Under the pieces are notes generated by a model. That model ran no database searches, had not been told where the DNA came from, and saw nothing but the letters and a program-made list of their open reading frames with translations. The position numbers and the translations under genes are program-made. This document shows positions 44,503 to 54,280 of a DNA stretch of 64,000 bases, in pieces. The stretch is from a virus (Duplodnaviria > Caudoviricetes), in IMG/VR virus record IMGVR_UViG_3300033066_002242, positions 1 to 64,000 of that record; one strand, 5' to 3'. The first letter of the stretch is position 1. Every line of letters starts with the position of its first letter.

Positions 44503-45299
44503 GAGATTTCTCCCATCTGGTCCAGCGCAGATAACGCCTGACTGGCAGCATCCGCGCTGATTTCTCCGCGTACCAGACGCAGACAAATGTCTTCTGAGGC
44601 CAGCTTGTTAAGGCTGGTGGAGCCGATGGCGTTGTCGATGACAGCGTCCGGAACGCGGCTGACTTCGTTCTCACGAAGCGCACGCATCCGTGCCACGGCC
44701 GCCTCTCCTTCCGGGCTGGACATGGCGCGGTCAGCAAACAGCTGGGAATCAGGCAGGTGACTTTCCTTGGTGGCGTGTTGCACGGCTCGGGAAAGGGCAA
44801 ACCCTCCCATGGTGCCGGCAATGCCAGCCAGCGACAGCGCGCCTTTAGGGGTGCTGGGGTGGACGTGGCGAAGCACCTCATGCGCCGCGCCGCCAGCCAC
44901 CATACCGGTGACCAGCTGTGCAACGTGCGCCGGGATGCTGTTGGTGTAGGAGGCTTGGTGGCCTCTCACCAGCTGGCTGTGTGCATCCTTGCGTGCCATT
45001 TGATCCGCCATGTACTCCCGGAATTGCTCCCGGTCTTTTTCCCCGTACCCAGCCGACTTCCGCATGCCTTCCACTGTTTGCACAATTTCAGCCACGTCGT
45101 CGACTTCCCAGATATCAGCCGCCTTCACCAGAAAGGATTCGGACACCTGATCCGCCAGGTCAGTGACGCCTGCGTCTGCCGCTGCTTTTTCAAGCAACTG
45201 CACTGCGCAGTGACCAAGCACGCAAAGCTGGCCGACTTCTTCCTCGGCTTGCTTGCGAAGCTCTTCAGCTTGCTTGCGCAACAGTGTGACAATGTCCAT
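44499..45299 (-). CDS. KxA-rich head protein with an internal Gly-zipper module
   Basis: Six KxA sites; hydrophobic pair between MRKSAG and LNKLAS. Confidence 0.65.
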   Translation of the reverse strand: MDIVTLLRKQAEELRKQAEEEVGQLCVLGHCAVQLLEKAAADAGVTDLADQVSESFLVKAADIWEVDDVAEIVQTVEGMRKSAGYGEKDREQFREYMADQMARKDAHSQLVRGHQASYTNSIPAHVAQLVTGMVAGGAAHEVLRHVHPSTPKGALSLAGIAGTMGGFALSRAVQHATKESHLPDSQLFADRAMSSPEGEAAVARMRALRENEVSRVPDAVIDNAIGSTSLNKLASEDICLRLVRGEISADAASQALSALDQMGEIS

Positions 45300-45320
45300 G
45301 CCGACCCCGGTCAGAAGCAA

Positions 45321-45965
45321 TCAGGAATAGAGAATCTGTGCAGCGCTGGCTTCCACGGCCTGGAGGGCGGTGTAGGCGTCGCAGCCCTGGGCAACCAGGT
45401 CATTCACGGCAGCTGCCTTGGCCATCTCGATGACCTGATTGGCTTCTGCTTCCTCAGCTTGCTTGATGTGCTCCACGGCATCGCTGACGGTAAAACCTTG
45501 ACGCACCAGCTCAGTTACCTGAGCAGCCTTATACATGTTCTCGTCTTCACGAGCCATGTTGTCTTCGGCCTGCTTCAGCAGGGAGAAGGCTTCGTCAACG
45601 GTGTAGCCTTCATCCACGAAAGCAGTGATGGCGGCGCACTTCATCTGTTCCGGGCTTTGACCGACAGAGCCCATGGCAGAGCCATTAGGGGCAGCGGGAT
45701 ACTGGCCGGCACCGCCTTCAGCCAGTTCTTCTTCAGCGATTTGCTGGTGGGCGCCATTGGCGATACCTTGCAGAATCAGCTGTTCCAGAGTCTGGGTAAC
45801 GGAAGCACCAGCACGCGGAGTAGCCGGCTGGTTGGCCATTTGCTCAGCGATCATCTGGTCGCTACCGGCGATGGTGGCGTTGGCAACCTTGTTCATACCG
45901 CCATTGGCCAGGTTGGCCAGCAACTGATCGGTCAGAGCGCGGGCCTTGGCTTGAGATTCATTCAT
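45321..45965 (-). CDS. Scaffolding/core protein with three helical repeats
   Basis: KxAA...LV..G.....A repeats; acidic. Confidence 0.6.
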   Translation of the reverse strand: MNESQAKARALTDQLLANLANGGMNKVANATIAGSDQMIAEQMANQPATPRAGASVTQTLEQLILQGIANGAHQQIAEEELAEGGAGQYPAAPNGSAMGSVGQSPEQMKCAAITAFVDEGYTVDEAFSLLKQAEDNMAREDENMYKAAQVTELVRQGFTVSDAVEHIKQAEEAEANQVIEMAKAAAVNDLVAQGCDAYTALQAVEASAAQILYS

Positions 45966-45978
45966 TGCAATGTCCTCG

Positions 45979-47463
45979 TTAGAGTGCAGGTTTCAGCCGG
46001 GAGAGGTCCCTACGCAGGGATGCCTCAAGCAGCTTGTTTGTGATTGGACTATCGCTGGCCTGCTTGACCTGATAGCTGCCGTACCCTGATTTTAGCCGAC
46101 TTTTATCGGCTACCAAGGAATGTAGCAAAAATCGGGCAACAATGGCACCCCCTGCCAACGCCAACAAATGGTCCATCAAAGTGGGGGAAATAGCGGGCTC
46201 CGCTGGAGAAGACGGACCGCCTCCGTAAAGCGATCCCAGGGGGGGTACGTATCCCCAAGGAACATCCTGTGGGAAGTATGCACGCTTTTCCACACAAGTG
46301 GGTAGCGCCGAACACTGATCTTGATATCCTGCCAGTTCCTTTAGCAGCCAGTGATTCGTTTGTTCCGGGTAGACGTCAGGCACCAAGGTGGCAGACTGTA
46401 CCGGCAGGGCGGATAGCGGAAGGTTAGGCAGCAGTCTCCCTACCAGTTCGCCAATGCCTTCTCCAGGAATTCCCTGGACCTTGGCGATCATCTCCGCCAG
46501 GAACTCCAGGGAGGGAATCATGCGAAGATCCGCCAGCGCGTTCATGACCTGGTTGAAGCCTCCCATGTGCAGTAGGGGGCCTGCCAAGCTGGACGATACC
46601 GGAGACACGGACTTCAACAAATCCTGCAAGGACTTGTCTGCGGCCATGACGCTGCCACCGGGCACTTCCTTGATGAGGTCCGCCATCTTGCGGAAAGCCG
46701 CTTGCTTGATAGCCTCTGCCGGCCGCACTTCTCCGGGCTCTTCCAGAGACAAGCCTGCTTCTTCCCCCAATACCGCGCTGGGGACAACGTGGGCATTGGC
46801 GACCTTGCGCAGCACGGAAGACGTGACGTCTGCCGGTCGCAAGACCATGCTCATGTCGAAAAAGGTCAGCTTGGCCAGGTTCAGCGCCATGACACGGCGA
46901 CCGTCTGCATACAGGCGGTTCATTTCCTTGCGCAGGTGTTCGCAGTACGCCTTGACGCTGCGCGCCTGGTTGCCACAGATGGAGCACTGGTCCCACGGAG
47001 TCTTACACGCCATGGAGGTCGATGGGTAGTCACCGCGGGCAATACGTTCCACAACGTCCTTCGCCTTGTCGGTGAAGATTTCCTCGACGACTTCCACCCG
47101 GTGCATGTCGTAGTTGTAAATGGCAAACAGGACCCGGCCAATTGCGGTGGCAGGATCCGTGTTGACGTGGTGGCGGTACACGTAGCCGTGTTCTTCAAAG
47201 GTCTTGTGGTACAGGATCAGCTGTTCTTCCGGGAACCAGTCGCCGTTCTTGTTGCTGCCGTAGTACTCTCCTGCGCCCATGGCGTTGACATGCAGGTATA
47301 TCTTGCCGGGCTCGGGGTTGAGGCGGGAGGTCACGTAGTCGTCAATGTCCTTCTGTGCGGCACTCTTGACCAGCCCTTCTACCGGGCGGCCGGGAGTAAT
47401 GATTCGCATCGGGATGTCATCCTCCCGATAAAACGACCCGATATCCACCAGCTTATGGAGCAT
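45979..47463 (-). CDS. Prohead maturation protease with Zn-finger insertion
   Basis: NKNGDWF, YRHH, IGRV, TSMAC, CSICGN..CEH, FFDMSMVLRPAD (HK97/assemblin-like). Confidence 0.8.
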   Translation of the reverse strand: MLHKLVDIGSFYREDDIPMRIITPGRPVEGLVKSAAQKDIDDYVTSRLNPEPGKIYLHVNAMGAGEYYGSNKNGDWFPEEQLILYHKTFEEHGYVYRHHVNTDPATAIGRVLFAIYNYDMHRVEVVEEIFTDKAKDVVERIARGDYPSTSMACKTPWDQCSICGNQARSVKAYCEHLRKEMNRLYADGRRVMALNLAKLTFFDMSMVLRPADVTSSVLRKVANAHVVPSAVLGEEAGLSLEEPGEVRPAEAIKQAAFRKMADLIKEVPGGSVMAADKSLQDLLKSVSPVSSSLAGPLLHMGGFNQVMNALADLRMIPSLEFLAEMIAKVQGIPGEGIGELVGRLLPNLPLSALPVQSATLVPDVYPEQTNHWLLKELAGYQDQCSALPTCVEKRAYFPQDVPWGYVPPLGSLYGGGPSSPAEPAISPTLMDHLLALAGGAIVARFLLHSLVADKSRLKSGYGSYQVKQASDSPITNKLLEASLRRDLSRLKPAL

Positions 47464-47473
47464 GTCGATCCCC

Positions 47474-48055
47474 TTACTTGAAGGCGTAGTCCTTCATCTG
47501 CTGCTTGTTGGTCTGCTTCATCCGGCCTTCCAGGTTCGTCAGCATGTCGATGGTCTTCATGTCGATGCCACCGGCTTCCAGGGAAGTCAGCAAGGTGCTG
47601 GCCAGCAGGTTGGCGTCTGCCGCGGCAGAGGGGGCGTACTTGAAGATCGTGGAGGCCAGGGCGTTGATCTGCATCGGGTCGGCACGCTGGAGCATGGGCT
47701 CACGCTGTATGGCCTGGTGCAGTGCCTGGCGGAAAGCGTTGGCTTGAGCCGGGTTGCTGATCGCCGCCCGGTTAAGGTTGGCCAGGCCCAGCAGCGCCCC
47801 GCCTACCAGGGTAGCGCCCATGATGCCTGCGCCGACCTTGCCCAGGTTGCTTGCCATGTCGGAAGCAACAGAGTGCGCCATGGAAGGGCCGTCTCCAAAG
47901 AAAGCCGCCGTCTTTTCCATCGGCAACGCCTTGAACGCCACGATGACTTCGTCTGCCAGGTCCGTAGCACCGCGGTGGGTATGCCCCTGTTTGCGAAGCT
48001 CCTGTACGCAGGCGCGCTTGAGGTAGTACTCAAAAGGTAAGGTCGTCATGGTCAT
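47474..48055 (-). CDS. Head-associated protein with KxA site and hydrophobic segment
   Basis: MEKTAA; AGIMGATLVGGALLG. Confidence 0.7.
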   Translation of the reverse strand: MTMTTLPFEYYLKRACVQELRKQGHTHRGATDLADEVIVAFKALPMEKTAAFFGDGPSMAHSVASDMASNLGKVGAGIMGATLVGGALLGLANLNRAAISNPAQANAFRQALHQAIQREPMLQRADPMQINALASTIFKYAPSAAADANLLASTLLTSLEAGGIDMKTIDMLTNLEGRMKQTNKQQMKDYAFK

Positions 48056-49215
48056 GCCTCGGGGGTCTTGTGGAGAGCGTCCCAGACGCTGTGCTCCTTC
48101 TGGATCATCTGTGCGCCGAACCCGACGTCCATGGCCGTCATCGCCTTGGCGCCGATACTGGTAGCTGCGCCGGGGAACTTCTTCAAGTGCTCATTCGACG
48201 GCGACCCGGTAAGCAGGCCTGCCAGGGAGTCCCGGTAGTTGCTGGCCAGGTTCTTCAGGTTGCCAGATGGGGTACGGAAGTTCTCGGCACTCTTGCGCAG
48301 CGGTTGCGCCCGGCCTTCTGTGGCAACCGGTCCGATCTTGATGCCTGCCTCCGGACTGCCCTTGGCTCCCATATAGCTCTGACGAACCGAGTTACGAACC
48401 TGCGCACCGGCATTGCGGGTGGGGACAGAGTGAACGGCAACGTGGGCGTGCTCGAAAGGAGTCTTCAGAAGGGACATGCGCAAGTCGACGCCGGCAATCT
48501 TCTTCAGCTCTTCCTGGAGGAAGGTGTGGCGGCCCAGCATGTCAGAGGCCTGCTTGAGCATGGCGCCGACCTTGCGGACCTGCTTCATCTCCACGGAGGA
48601 GAACATGCCGGAGGGCAGGGTGGACGCCTTCTTGCTCATGCCGTCCGGCAGCAGGCCTTCCATCAGGTCAGCGCCGGGGCCGGTGTACTCATTCATCTTT
48701 TCCTGGACCCAAGGATCCTGCACCAGCATTCTGGCTTCCTTCTGCAGCTGCTCTCCCAGTGACATCATCTGGATGGACAGCGACTCGGACTCGGCTTCGC
48801 AGCGAACCTTGGCGTCCATTAGCTGACGTGCACTTTGGTGGGCAGAAGCTTCCTTGACCAGGTCTGCCGCCTCTGGCTCTGCCAGGGAGGCTGACTTAAC
48901 CATGGGATTCGGATTCAGCATTGCTATGGTATCGTCCAGCAGGGACGAATACTCCGGAAAGTCGGGGATGATGGAGGCCACCTTGACCATCTTGGAGTCC
49001 GCCAGTGGGAACGTAAAGGTACGGTCCTGGGCAGACTCCTGGAGCTTGAGGTAGGTCACCTGGTTGGACAGTTCCACCAAACGCTTGACCTGCTCATCGT
49101 TGAGGTCACGTGCCATGGCAATCTTGGTGATAGAGTCGTTCAGCGGAATTCCGCCGGAGATAAAGCTGTTGACCGCTTCCGCAGCCATCGTCTTGAGCAG
49201 TTCGGCATCAAACAT
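48052..49215 (-). CDS. KxA-rich head/core protein
   Basis: AGGAG RBS; nine KxA sites. Confidence 0.7.
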   Translation of the reverse strand: MFDAELLKTMAAEAVNSFISGGIPLNDSITKIAMARDLNDEQVKRLVELSNQVTYLKLQESAQDRTFTFPLADSKMVKVASIIPDFPEYSSLLDDTIAMLNPNPMVKSASLAEPEAADLVKEASAHQSARQLMDAKVRCEAESESLSIQMMSLGEQLQKEARMLVQDPWVQEKMNEYTGPGADLMEGLLPDGMSKKASTLPSGMFSSVEMKQVRKVGAMLKQASDMLGRHTFLQEELKKIAGVDLRMSLLKTPFEHAHVAVHSVPTRNAGAQVRNSVRQSYMGAKGSPEAGIKIGPVATEGRAQPLRKSAENFRTPSGNLKNLASNYRDSLAGLLTGSPSNEHLKKFPGAATSIGAKAMTAMDVGFGAQMIQKEHSVWDALHKTPEA

Positions 49216-49244
49216 GGAGATGCTCCTGGAATCATGCAAGTAGT

Positions 49245-50006
49245 TTACATCAAATCCCAATCGGGTTCCTTTTTCTGCTCAGGCCACATCGCTTTAGCGG
49301 CCGGATGCTGCGCTACCCGGGTATTGACGGATAGCGCTTCGTTCAAGGCTTCTGCATTGGACATGTTGCTGGCATCCTGGAGCAGTTCCGGGTCGTCGTC
49401 CACGTCTTCCAGATTGGGTATCTCGACTTCCTTGGCGTCGATTCCTTCCAGCGCCAGTTCCAATTCGTCCAGCATGCCTTTCTTGTCCGTGACCCACCCC
49501 TTGACCTGGCGACCCAATGCCATGGCGACCATGGTCCACTTACGGGCCTCGCCGTCGTCAATCGTGCCGCTGGACTCAAAGAACGCCTGCTTGGCTTTAT
49601 AGATGCAGTCTGGCAGCAGCATCTGCATGCCCTCTACCGGAGATAAATCTACCGGAAGCCCCAGTCGCCACTTGACCCATTCCAGGCCTTGCGTCAGTGC
49701 CCATAGCTTCAAGGTGCGCTCTTCCTGGGACTCTACCCTATGGATAAGTTCCAGCTTGCGCATCTTGGTGAACCGGCTGACGGGGAAGTGCTTGTCCTCG
49801 TACACCTCGATAGCGGGTACCGGAAGCCCCAGTACTTCGGAGATAGCGTCAAAGTCCGGGGTCGCCAGCAGACAGGCCTCCAGGTACATTCTCTGGAAAG
49901 CACTTTGTCGGACCTCCATGACCAGACTGAAAACCTCCAAGTCCGCTTCATCGTTCATGCCATGCGCCTTTATGCTCACCGGGGTAGTCCGGTGAGTGTA
50001 TGACAT
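49245..50006 (-). CDS. Hypothetical protein (HTH-like N-terminus, acidic tail)
   Basis: FDAISEVLGLPVPAIEVY; start uncertain. Confidence 0.65.
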   Translation of the reverse strand: MSYTHRTTPVSIKAHGMNDEADLEVFSLVMEVRQSAFQRMYLEACLLATPDFDAISEVLGLPVPAIEVYEDKHFPVSRFTKMRKLELIHRVESQEERTLKLWALTQGLEWVKWRLGLPVDLSPVEGMQMLLPDCIYKAKQAFFESSGTIDDGEARKWTMVAMALGRQVKGWVTDKKGMLDELELALEGIDAKEVEIPNLEDVDDDPELLQDASNMSNAEALNEALSVNTRVAQHPAAKAMWPEQKKEPDWDLM

Positions 50007-50020
50007 TACAGAAGCGGCAG

Positions 50021-50485
50021 CTACCGGGAGACGCCGTACGGGTTCCGCGACGTCTTCAATGCCCCTTCTACTGCATCCGGTCGAACACCTGTAACGGGCG
50101 CTCCTGCATTTTTGTACTGTGTGGACGGGGAAATACCCAATGCCTTGTGGTACTGCTCTGTGTGATCGCGCAGTCCTTGGTTGTGGGCGTCCATTTGAGA
50201 CTTTGTGTATGTCAGCTTCTTCTGCACGTCCTGCAGGTCTTGTATCCGCTCCGGAGTGGTGCCTTTGCGGTACATATTGGAGGCAATACTTCTCGCCTCC
50301 TCGGTCTGCCAGTGGTGGATGTCTGCCAGACCATCCAAGTGAGTAGAGTGCTCGTGCGCGAGCCCTAGATGATACGCAGCTTTATCTGCAGCTTCCCCAG
50401 ACGCACGGGACATGGTGCGCAGAGTGCTTACTGGCGGAAATATAGCCGCCGCCTTGATCATGCCATCGAGATACGGGTTGCTCAT
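50021..50485 (-). CDS. Leader-family virion cargo without TM anchor
   Basis: MSNPYLDGMIKAAA; GAGG RBS. Confidence 0.75.
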   Translation of the reverse strand: MSNPYLDGMIKAAAIFPPVSTLRTMSRASGEAADKAAYHLGLAHEHSTHLDGLADIHHWQTEEARSIASNMYRKGTTPERIQDLQDVQKKLTYTKSQMDAHNQGLRDHTEQYHKALGISPSTQYKNAGAPVTGVRPDAVEGALKTSRNPYGVSR

Positions 50486-50495
50486 GCTTTCGCCC

Positions 50496-52445
50496 TCAAA
50501 TACGGTTCTGCGACGGAATGCCATCGCTAATGTACGAGTTCACCATCTGTTCCAGCTTCAGCACGCTGTCACCGACCTGGTTATAGGTATTCCGCAGCGC
50601 CATCGTAACGCCAGATGTCTGGTCAGGGGCGATGGTGTCAGAGTGCAGGCGAAGCAGCAGCAAGGTGCGGCCGATGCGATCCACGCAGTCCTTCATCAGC
50701 GGCAGGTATCCGCCAATCGTGGAGTACATGGAAGGATCCTGCAGGAACTGGATCATGATGGCGCCTTCCACGATATCCGGGTACTGGGTGTTGACGGCAT
50801 CGTTAAGGGCGTTGAGGTTGAAGTTGGTCAACTCCTCCTGCGGAGGTACCTGGCCATACTCCGGGATTTCACCCACCGGAGTAGCGCCCATGTCGACGGC
50901 CTTCTTCTGCATCATCACCGTGATCTTGCCCTTTTCCTTGGCGGACTTGATGAAGCCAAGGGAGGCTTGCTTGCCAAGGCCGTGGCCTACGATCAGCAGT
51001 TCCGCCAGTTCAGGCTCGGAGAGCTGCCGGCCGCCCATGCTAAAGAAGCCGTGGCCGTGGCTGGAAATATCCAGAGGGTCGCACAGCTCACCGCGAACAC
51101 GAAGTTCCATGCGGTTACGGGCGGAGGACAGACTATGCTCCAGGGCTTCGTCTTCACGGTGCCCGAGGACAATGGCGCTGCGGTGCGGGCTGGTCAGGAT
51201 GCGTCCAGGCTCAGCGAAGTAATCGCCAGAGTAGCCAGTAGACACCGTGATCACTACCTCCCCATTCTGCATCATGCTGGTGTAGTGACTGGAGCCGTAG
51301 GGCTGGCAGGCACGGATGATGATCATGGAGTCGGTATGGGTGACCAGACGCGCGGTGAACGGACCGAGAGCCCCTTTGTGGGTCAGCATGACGAAGGTAT
51401 CGCCATTGCAGACGGACTGCATGTCGCGCACCTTGCCCTGGGCATACATCTCTTTGGCCACATCCGACAACTCGATCGGCTGGCTGTGCAGCACGACGTC
51501 CCCATCTGGGCACCAACCACCGTACTCGGTGATCAGCAAGTACTTGCCGTCATCTGCCTTTTCAGCCTTGCCGTCTCCGGTCATGAACCCGCCACGAAGG
51601 CTGGTCTTACGCATCGGCAGGTCGATGCCGTAAATGCGAGGGGCGCGCTTGAGGATCATGGCGTTGACGGAGGAGCCGTCGAGACGCAGGGCGCGGTACG
51701 CCATGCCCTCTACTGCGCCGTCCACCTGGATCAGGCCTTCGTGCCCGCTGGCCATTTCCACGGCAGGCCGTGGCTCCTGGATATCACCCTTGATGTGATA
51801 GCCGCAGTCCAGGATATCCTTGATGACGGATATCTCTGCCGGGTTGATGTCGTTGGCCGAGGTCAGGATTTGCACCCCAGGTTCCGAGACTTCCGTCATC
51901 AAGCGGTTGACGCGGGGCAGCGGACGGTCCAGGGCGCTGGTCAGGTCGATGACTTCGTTCATGCGCGCCGTGATGCCCTTGTTCTCCATCAGCGTGGCGC
52001 GGAAACGATCAAACAGGCCTTGAGGGACCTGGGCCAGGAAGTCTTCCAGACCGGCCGACGCATAGGCGTACTTGCCGGTGCGCGGCGGCACGATCATGTT
52101 ATAGATGCTGGGGTTGACGTTGACGTACGACGGGATACGCTGAGGAGTCCCTATCCGCGTTCCCTGCATCGTGGTAATGACCTGGATGTAGGAAGGGGTC
52201 AACGGCTTGAATTTGTCCTCTGTGGTGTCGTAGACAGAGTCCAGCGGGAACACGATATCGTCGCGCGCCACTACCGGAATCAGGAATGCCCCTGCCGGCA
52301 GCGCCAGTACGAATACTCCGACGAAGACATTCTTCACCTGGGTGAAGCCTTGGGACAAGTCCTGAAACCGCAAGACGCCGCCCATCAGGGAGGGAGCCGT
52401 GATGCTCAGCTTGTTCATGGCCTCTTGCTGGAAGTCCTGGATCAT
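50496..52445 (-). CDS. Large virion-module protein of unknown function
   Basis: 649-aa ORF in the head operon. Confidence 0.7.
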   Translation of the reverse strand: MIQDFQQEAMNKLSITAPSLMGGVLRFQDLSQGFTQVKNVFVGVFVLALPAGAFLIPVVARDDIVFPLDSVYDTTEDKFKPLTPSYIQVITTMQGTRIGTPQRIPSYVNVNPSIYNMIVPPRTGKYAYASAGLEDFLAQVPQGLFDRFRATLMENKGITARMNEVIDLTSALDRPLPRVNRLMTEVSEPGVQILTSANDINPAEISVIKDILDCGYHIKGDIQEPRPAVEMASGHEGLIQVDGAVEGMAYRALRLDGSSVNAMILKRAPRIYGIDLPMRKTSLRGGFMTGDGKAEKADDGKYLLITEYGGWCPDGDVVLHSQPIELSDVAKEMYAQGKVRDMQSVCNGDTFVMLTHKGALGPFTARLVTHTDSMIIIRACQPYGSSHYTSMMQNGEVVITVSTGYSGDYFAEPGRILTSPHRSAIVLGHREDEALEHSLSSARNRMELRVRGELCDPLDISSHGHGFFSMGGRQLSEPELAELLIVGHGLGKQASLGFIKSAKEKGKITVMMQKKAVDMGATPVGEIPEYGQVPPQEELTNFNLNALNDAVNTQYPDIVEGAIMIQFLQDPSMYSTIGGYLPLMKDCVDRIGRTLLLLRLHSDTIAPDQTSGVTMALRNTYNQVGDSVLKLEQMVNSYISDGIPSQNRI

Positions 52446-52447
52446 GG

Positions 52448-54277
52448 TCAGTACCTGCCGTTTTCGCCTTCACCGAAGGCCTTGCCGAGAATGTAGGGAG
52501 TAATAGGGTCAGTGGACCGAGTCGGAGACTCATGCGCCATGGCCGCTGCTTCTATGATACTTGATTTTAGGTTAGACGACGCCAAACGGGATATCCAATT
52601 GGGGTCCAGCAGCTTGGATTGCTTCACGCCCGTGGCTATCGGGTCGACGATCATGCCGCTTTCGCTGATCGGAACCTCCGTAACACCTTTCTTATTCAGG
52701 TCCAGGATGTGGTACGCATCCAGCCGGGTGCCTGGCATGAGCTCCCCGATACGCCGGGACAGCACCTTACCGGCGGCGCGCTCGATGGGCACCATACGGT
52801 GGTCAGCATCCAGGATGTGCTGGATCTGGTTGACGTTGACCACGTCTCCCGGCAGGTAATCGCTGTCGCCGGGGTCGCGGATGGTCACGTACTTGGCCAT
52901 GTTCTTGGCGATGACGTCGAAGTGCCGGGGGTCGTACCCTTGACCGTACACTTCCCGCATCTTCTCGGCCAGGTACTTGCGACCGGCGCCATGGCCGCGA
53001 AGCTCGACCAGGTGCTTGGGATTGGGGGTGCCTTCCGCCAGCTGCTGGCCAGCGTAGACCTCGTCTCCGTGCTTGACCAGGACGCCCTGGTGACGATCAA
53101 CGAAGTGGCTGTGGTTGCCAATCCAGATATGAGAGTCGCCCAGGGCGGTCTTCTCGATCTTGGTGACCTTGCCTGGTACAGACGCCAAAGTGGCTTCATC
53201 CAGGAAGTTCTCCGGGATGGTCAGGATGTTACGGGCGGACTCCAAGGTGCCGGCCGTGCGCTTGACGCCGGAACCTGCCGTACCGCCTTGGTGCTTGGAG
53301 CCGATAACCGCCTGCGTCAGGCCTTCCGATATGGACTGGACACCGATGACGCCCACGTTCTCGCCGATAGGAGGGAATTCTCCGCGGGAGTCATGGCCGT
53401 AGCACTTCTGACAAATGCCTTCCGGGGCCTCACAGGTCTGCGGGTTGCGCACGACGACCATCTTCTTGCCGCTGTCCACCGCGTCCTTGTACTTGGCGTC
53501 GGTAAACACGGAGTCCGTGCCTGCTTCCACCATGCCGATGATCCGCTTCTTGTCAGAGATGGGGACATCGATGCCGTGGTGGGTCTTGCAGTCGTGGATC
53601 GTGATCACCTCATGAAATGCCGCCGGGATGATCTTCTTGAACAGCGCCCCTGGCTCCGAGGTGGCCATCTGTGTCTTGATGGTCGCCGCCCGGCCGCCGT
53701 AGGACATGGCCATGTGCTCTGCCGGGGATAGGCCCTCGGCAAAGGAGTGGCGAATCGGCAGAGGGATGGGAGTGCCCTCAATGTCGATCGACATCATGGG
53801 GCTGAACGTACCCTGACCGAGTTGCATGGGGTTGCCGCGCGCGCCGGTCATCGCCATAAGTCCCGCAGTGGACCCCTTGCCAACCATGTGCTTGAGGTTG
53901 ATCTTCTGGGAGGTCGACACGTAGGAGGAGGCCACGTCTTCCACCATGGCGTTCCGCTGCGACTTGGAAAGCTTGGGGTTGTTGGAGACCTCATTGATCT
54001 TGTCCGCGAACTCTGCCAGCAGCACATGGCGTTCAGGAGAGTCGTTCTCGTAGTCCGTCAGCGGCGTGGAGAACCCGTTAACCGTGGCGGTGTGGAAGAA
54101 CAAGTTGGACAACGCCTGGATGGACTCGTGCGCCTTGTCGCCGCCGTGCTTGATGCACAGGGACATGAGGTGCGCTACGCCAGGCTTGTCCAGCAGCATA
54201 TTCGGGTCGTAGTACTTCTGCGCCTCTTCGGGCAACAGGCTTTTGACCAACAAGCTACCGGCAGTGGACATGTACAC
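52448..54277 (-). CDS. Phage multisubunit RNA polymerase beta-prime subunit, C-terminal part
   Basis: GARGN, SFAEGL, bridge helix, DC.T..G, C...GICQKCYG Zn site, GENVGVI..QSISE..TQ......H.GG trigger loop, jaw, RHFDVI, switch regions. Confidence 0.93.
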   Translation of the reverse strand: MYMSTAGSLLVKSLLPEEAQKYYDPNMLLDKPGVAHLMSLCIKHGGDKAHESIQALSNLFFHTATVNGFSTPLTDYENDSPERHVLLAEFADKINEVSNNPKLSKSQRNAMVEDVASSYVSTSQKINLKHMVGKGSTAGLMAMTGARGNPMQLGQGTFSPMMSIDIEGTPIPLPIRHSFAEGLSPAEHMAMSYGGRAATIKTQMATSEPGALFKKIIPAAFHEVITIHDCKTHHGIDVPISDKKRIIGMVEAGTDSVFTDAKYKDAVDSGKKMVVVRNPQTCEAPEGICQKCYGHDSRGEFPPIGENVGVIGVQSISEGLTQAVIGSKHQGGTAGSGVKRTAGTLESARNILTIPENFLDEATLASVPGKVTKIEKTALGDSHIWIGNHSHFVDRHQGVLVKHGDEVYAGQQLAEGTPNPKHLVELRGHGAGRKYLAEKMREVYGQGYDPRHFDVIAKNMAKYVTIRDPGDSDYLPGDVVNVNQIQHILDADHRMVPIERAAGKVLSRRIGELMPGTRLDAYHILDLNKKGVTEVPISESGMIVDPIATGVKQSKLLDPNWISRLASSNLKSSIIEAAAMAHESPTRSTDPITPYILGKAFGEGENGRY

Positions 54278-54280
54278 CTC

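Noticed and set aside
50496-52445. Portal or terminase assignment
   Set aside because: No Walker or nuclease motifs and no recognisable portal signature; left as unknown.
52448-54277. Host rpoC fragment or chimeric assembly
   Set aside because: Highly diverged, with its own RBS and a clean stop, tightly packed among phage genes, and with no rpoB or ribosomal neighbours.
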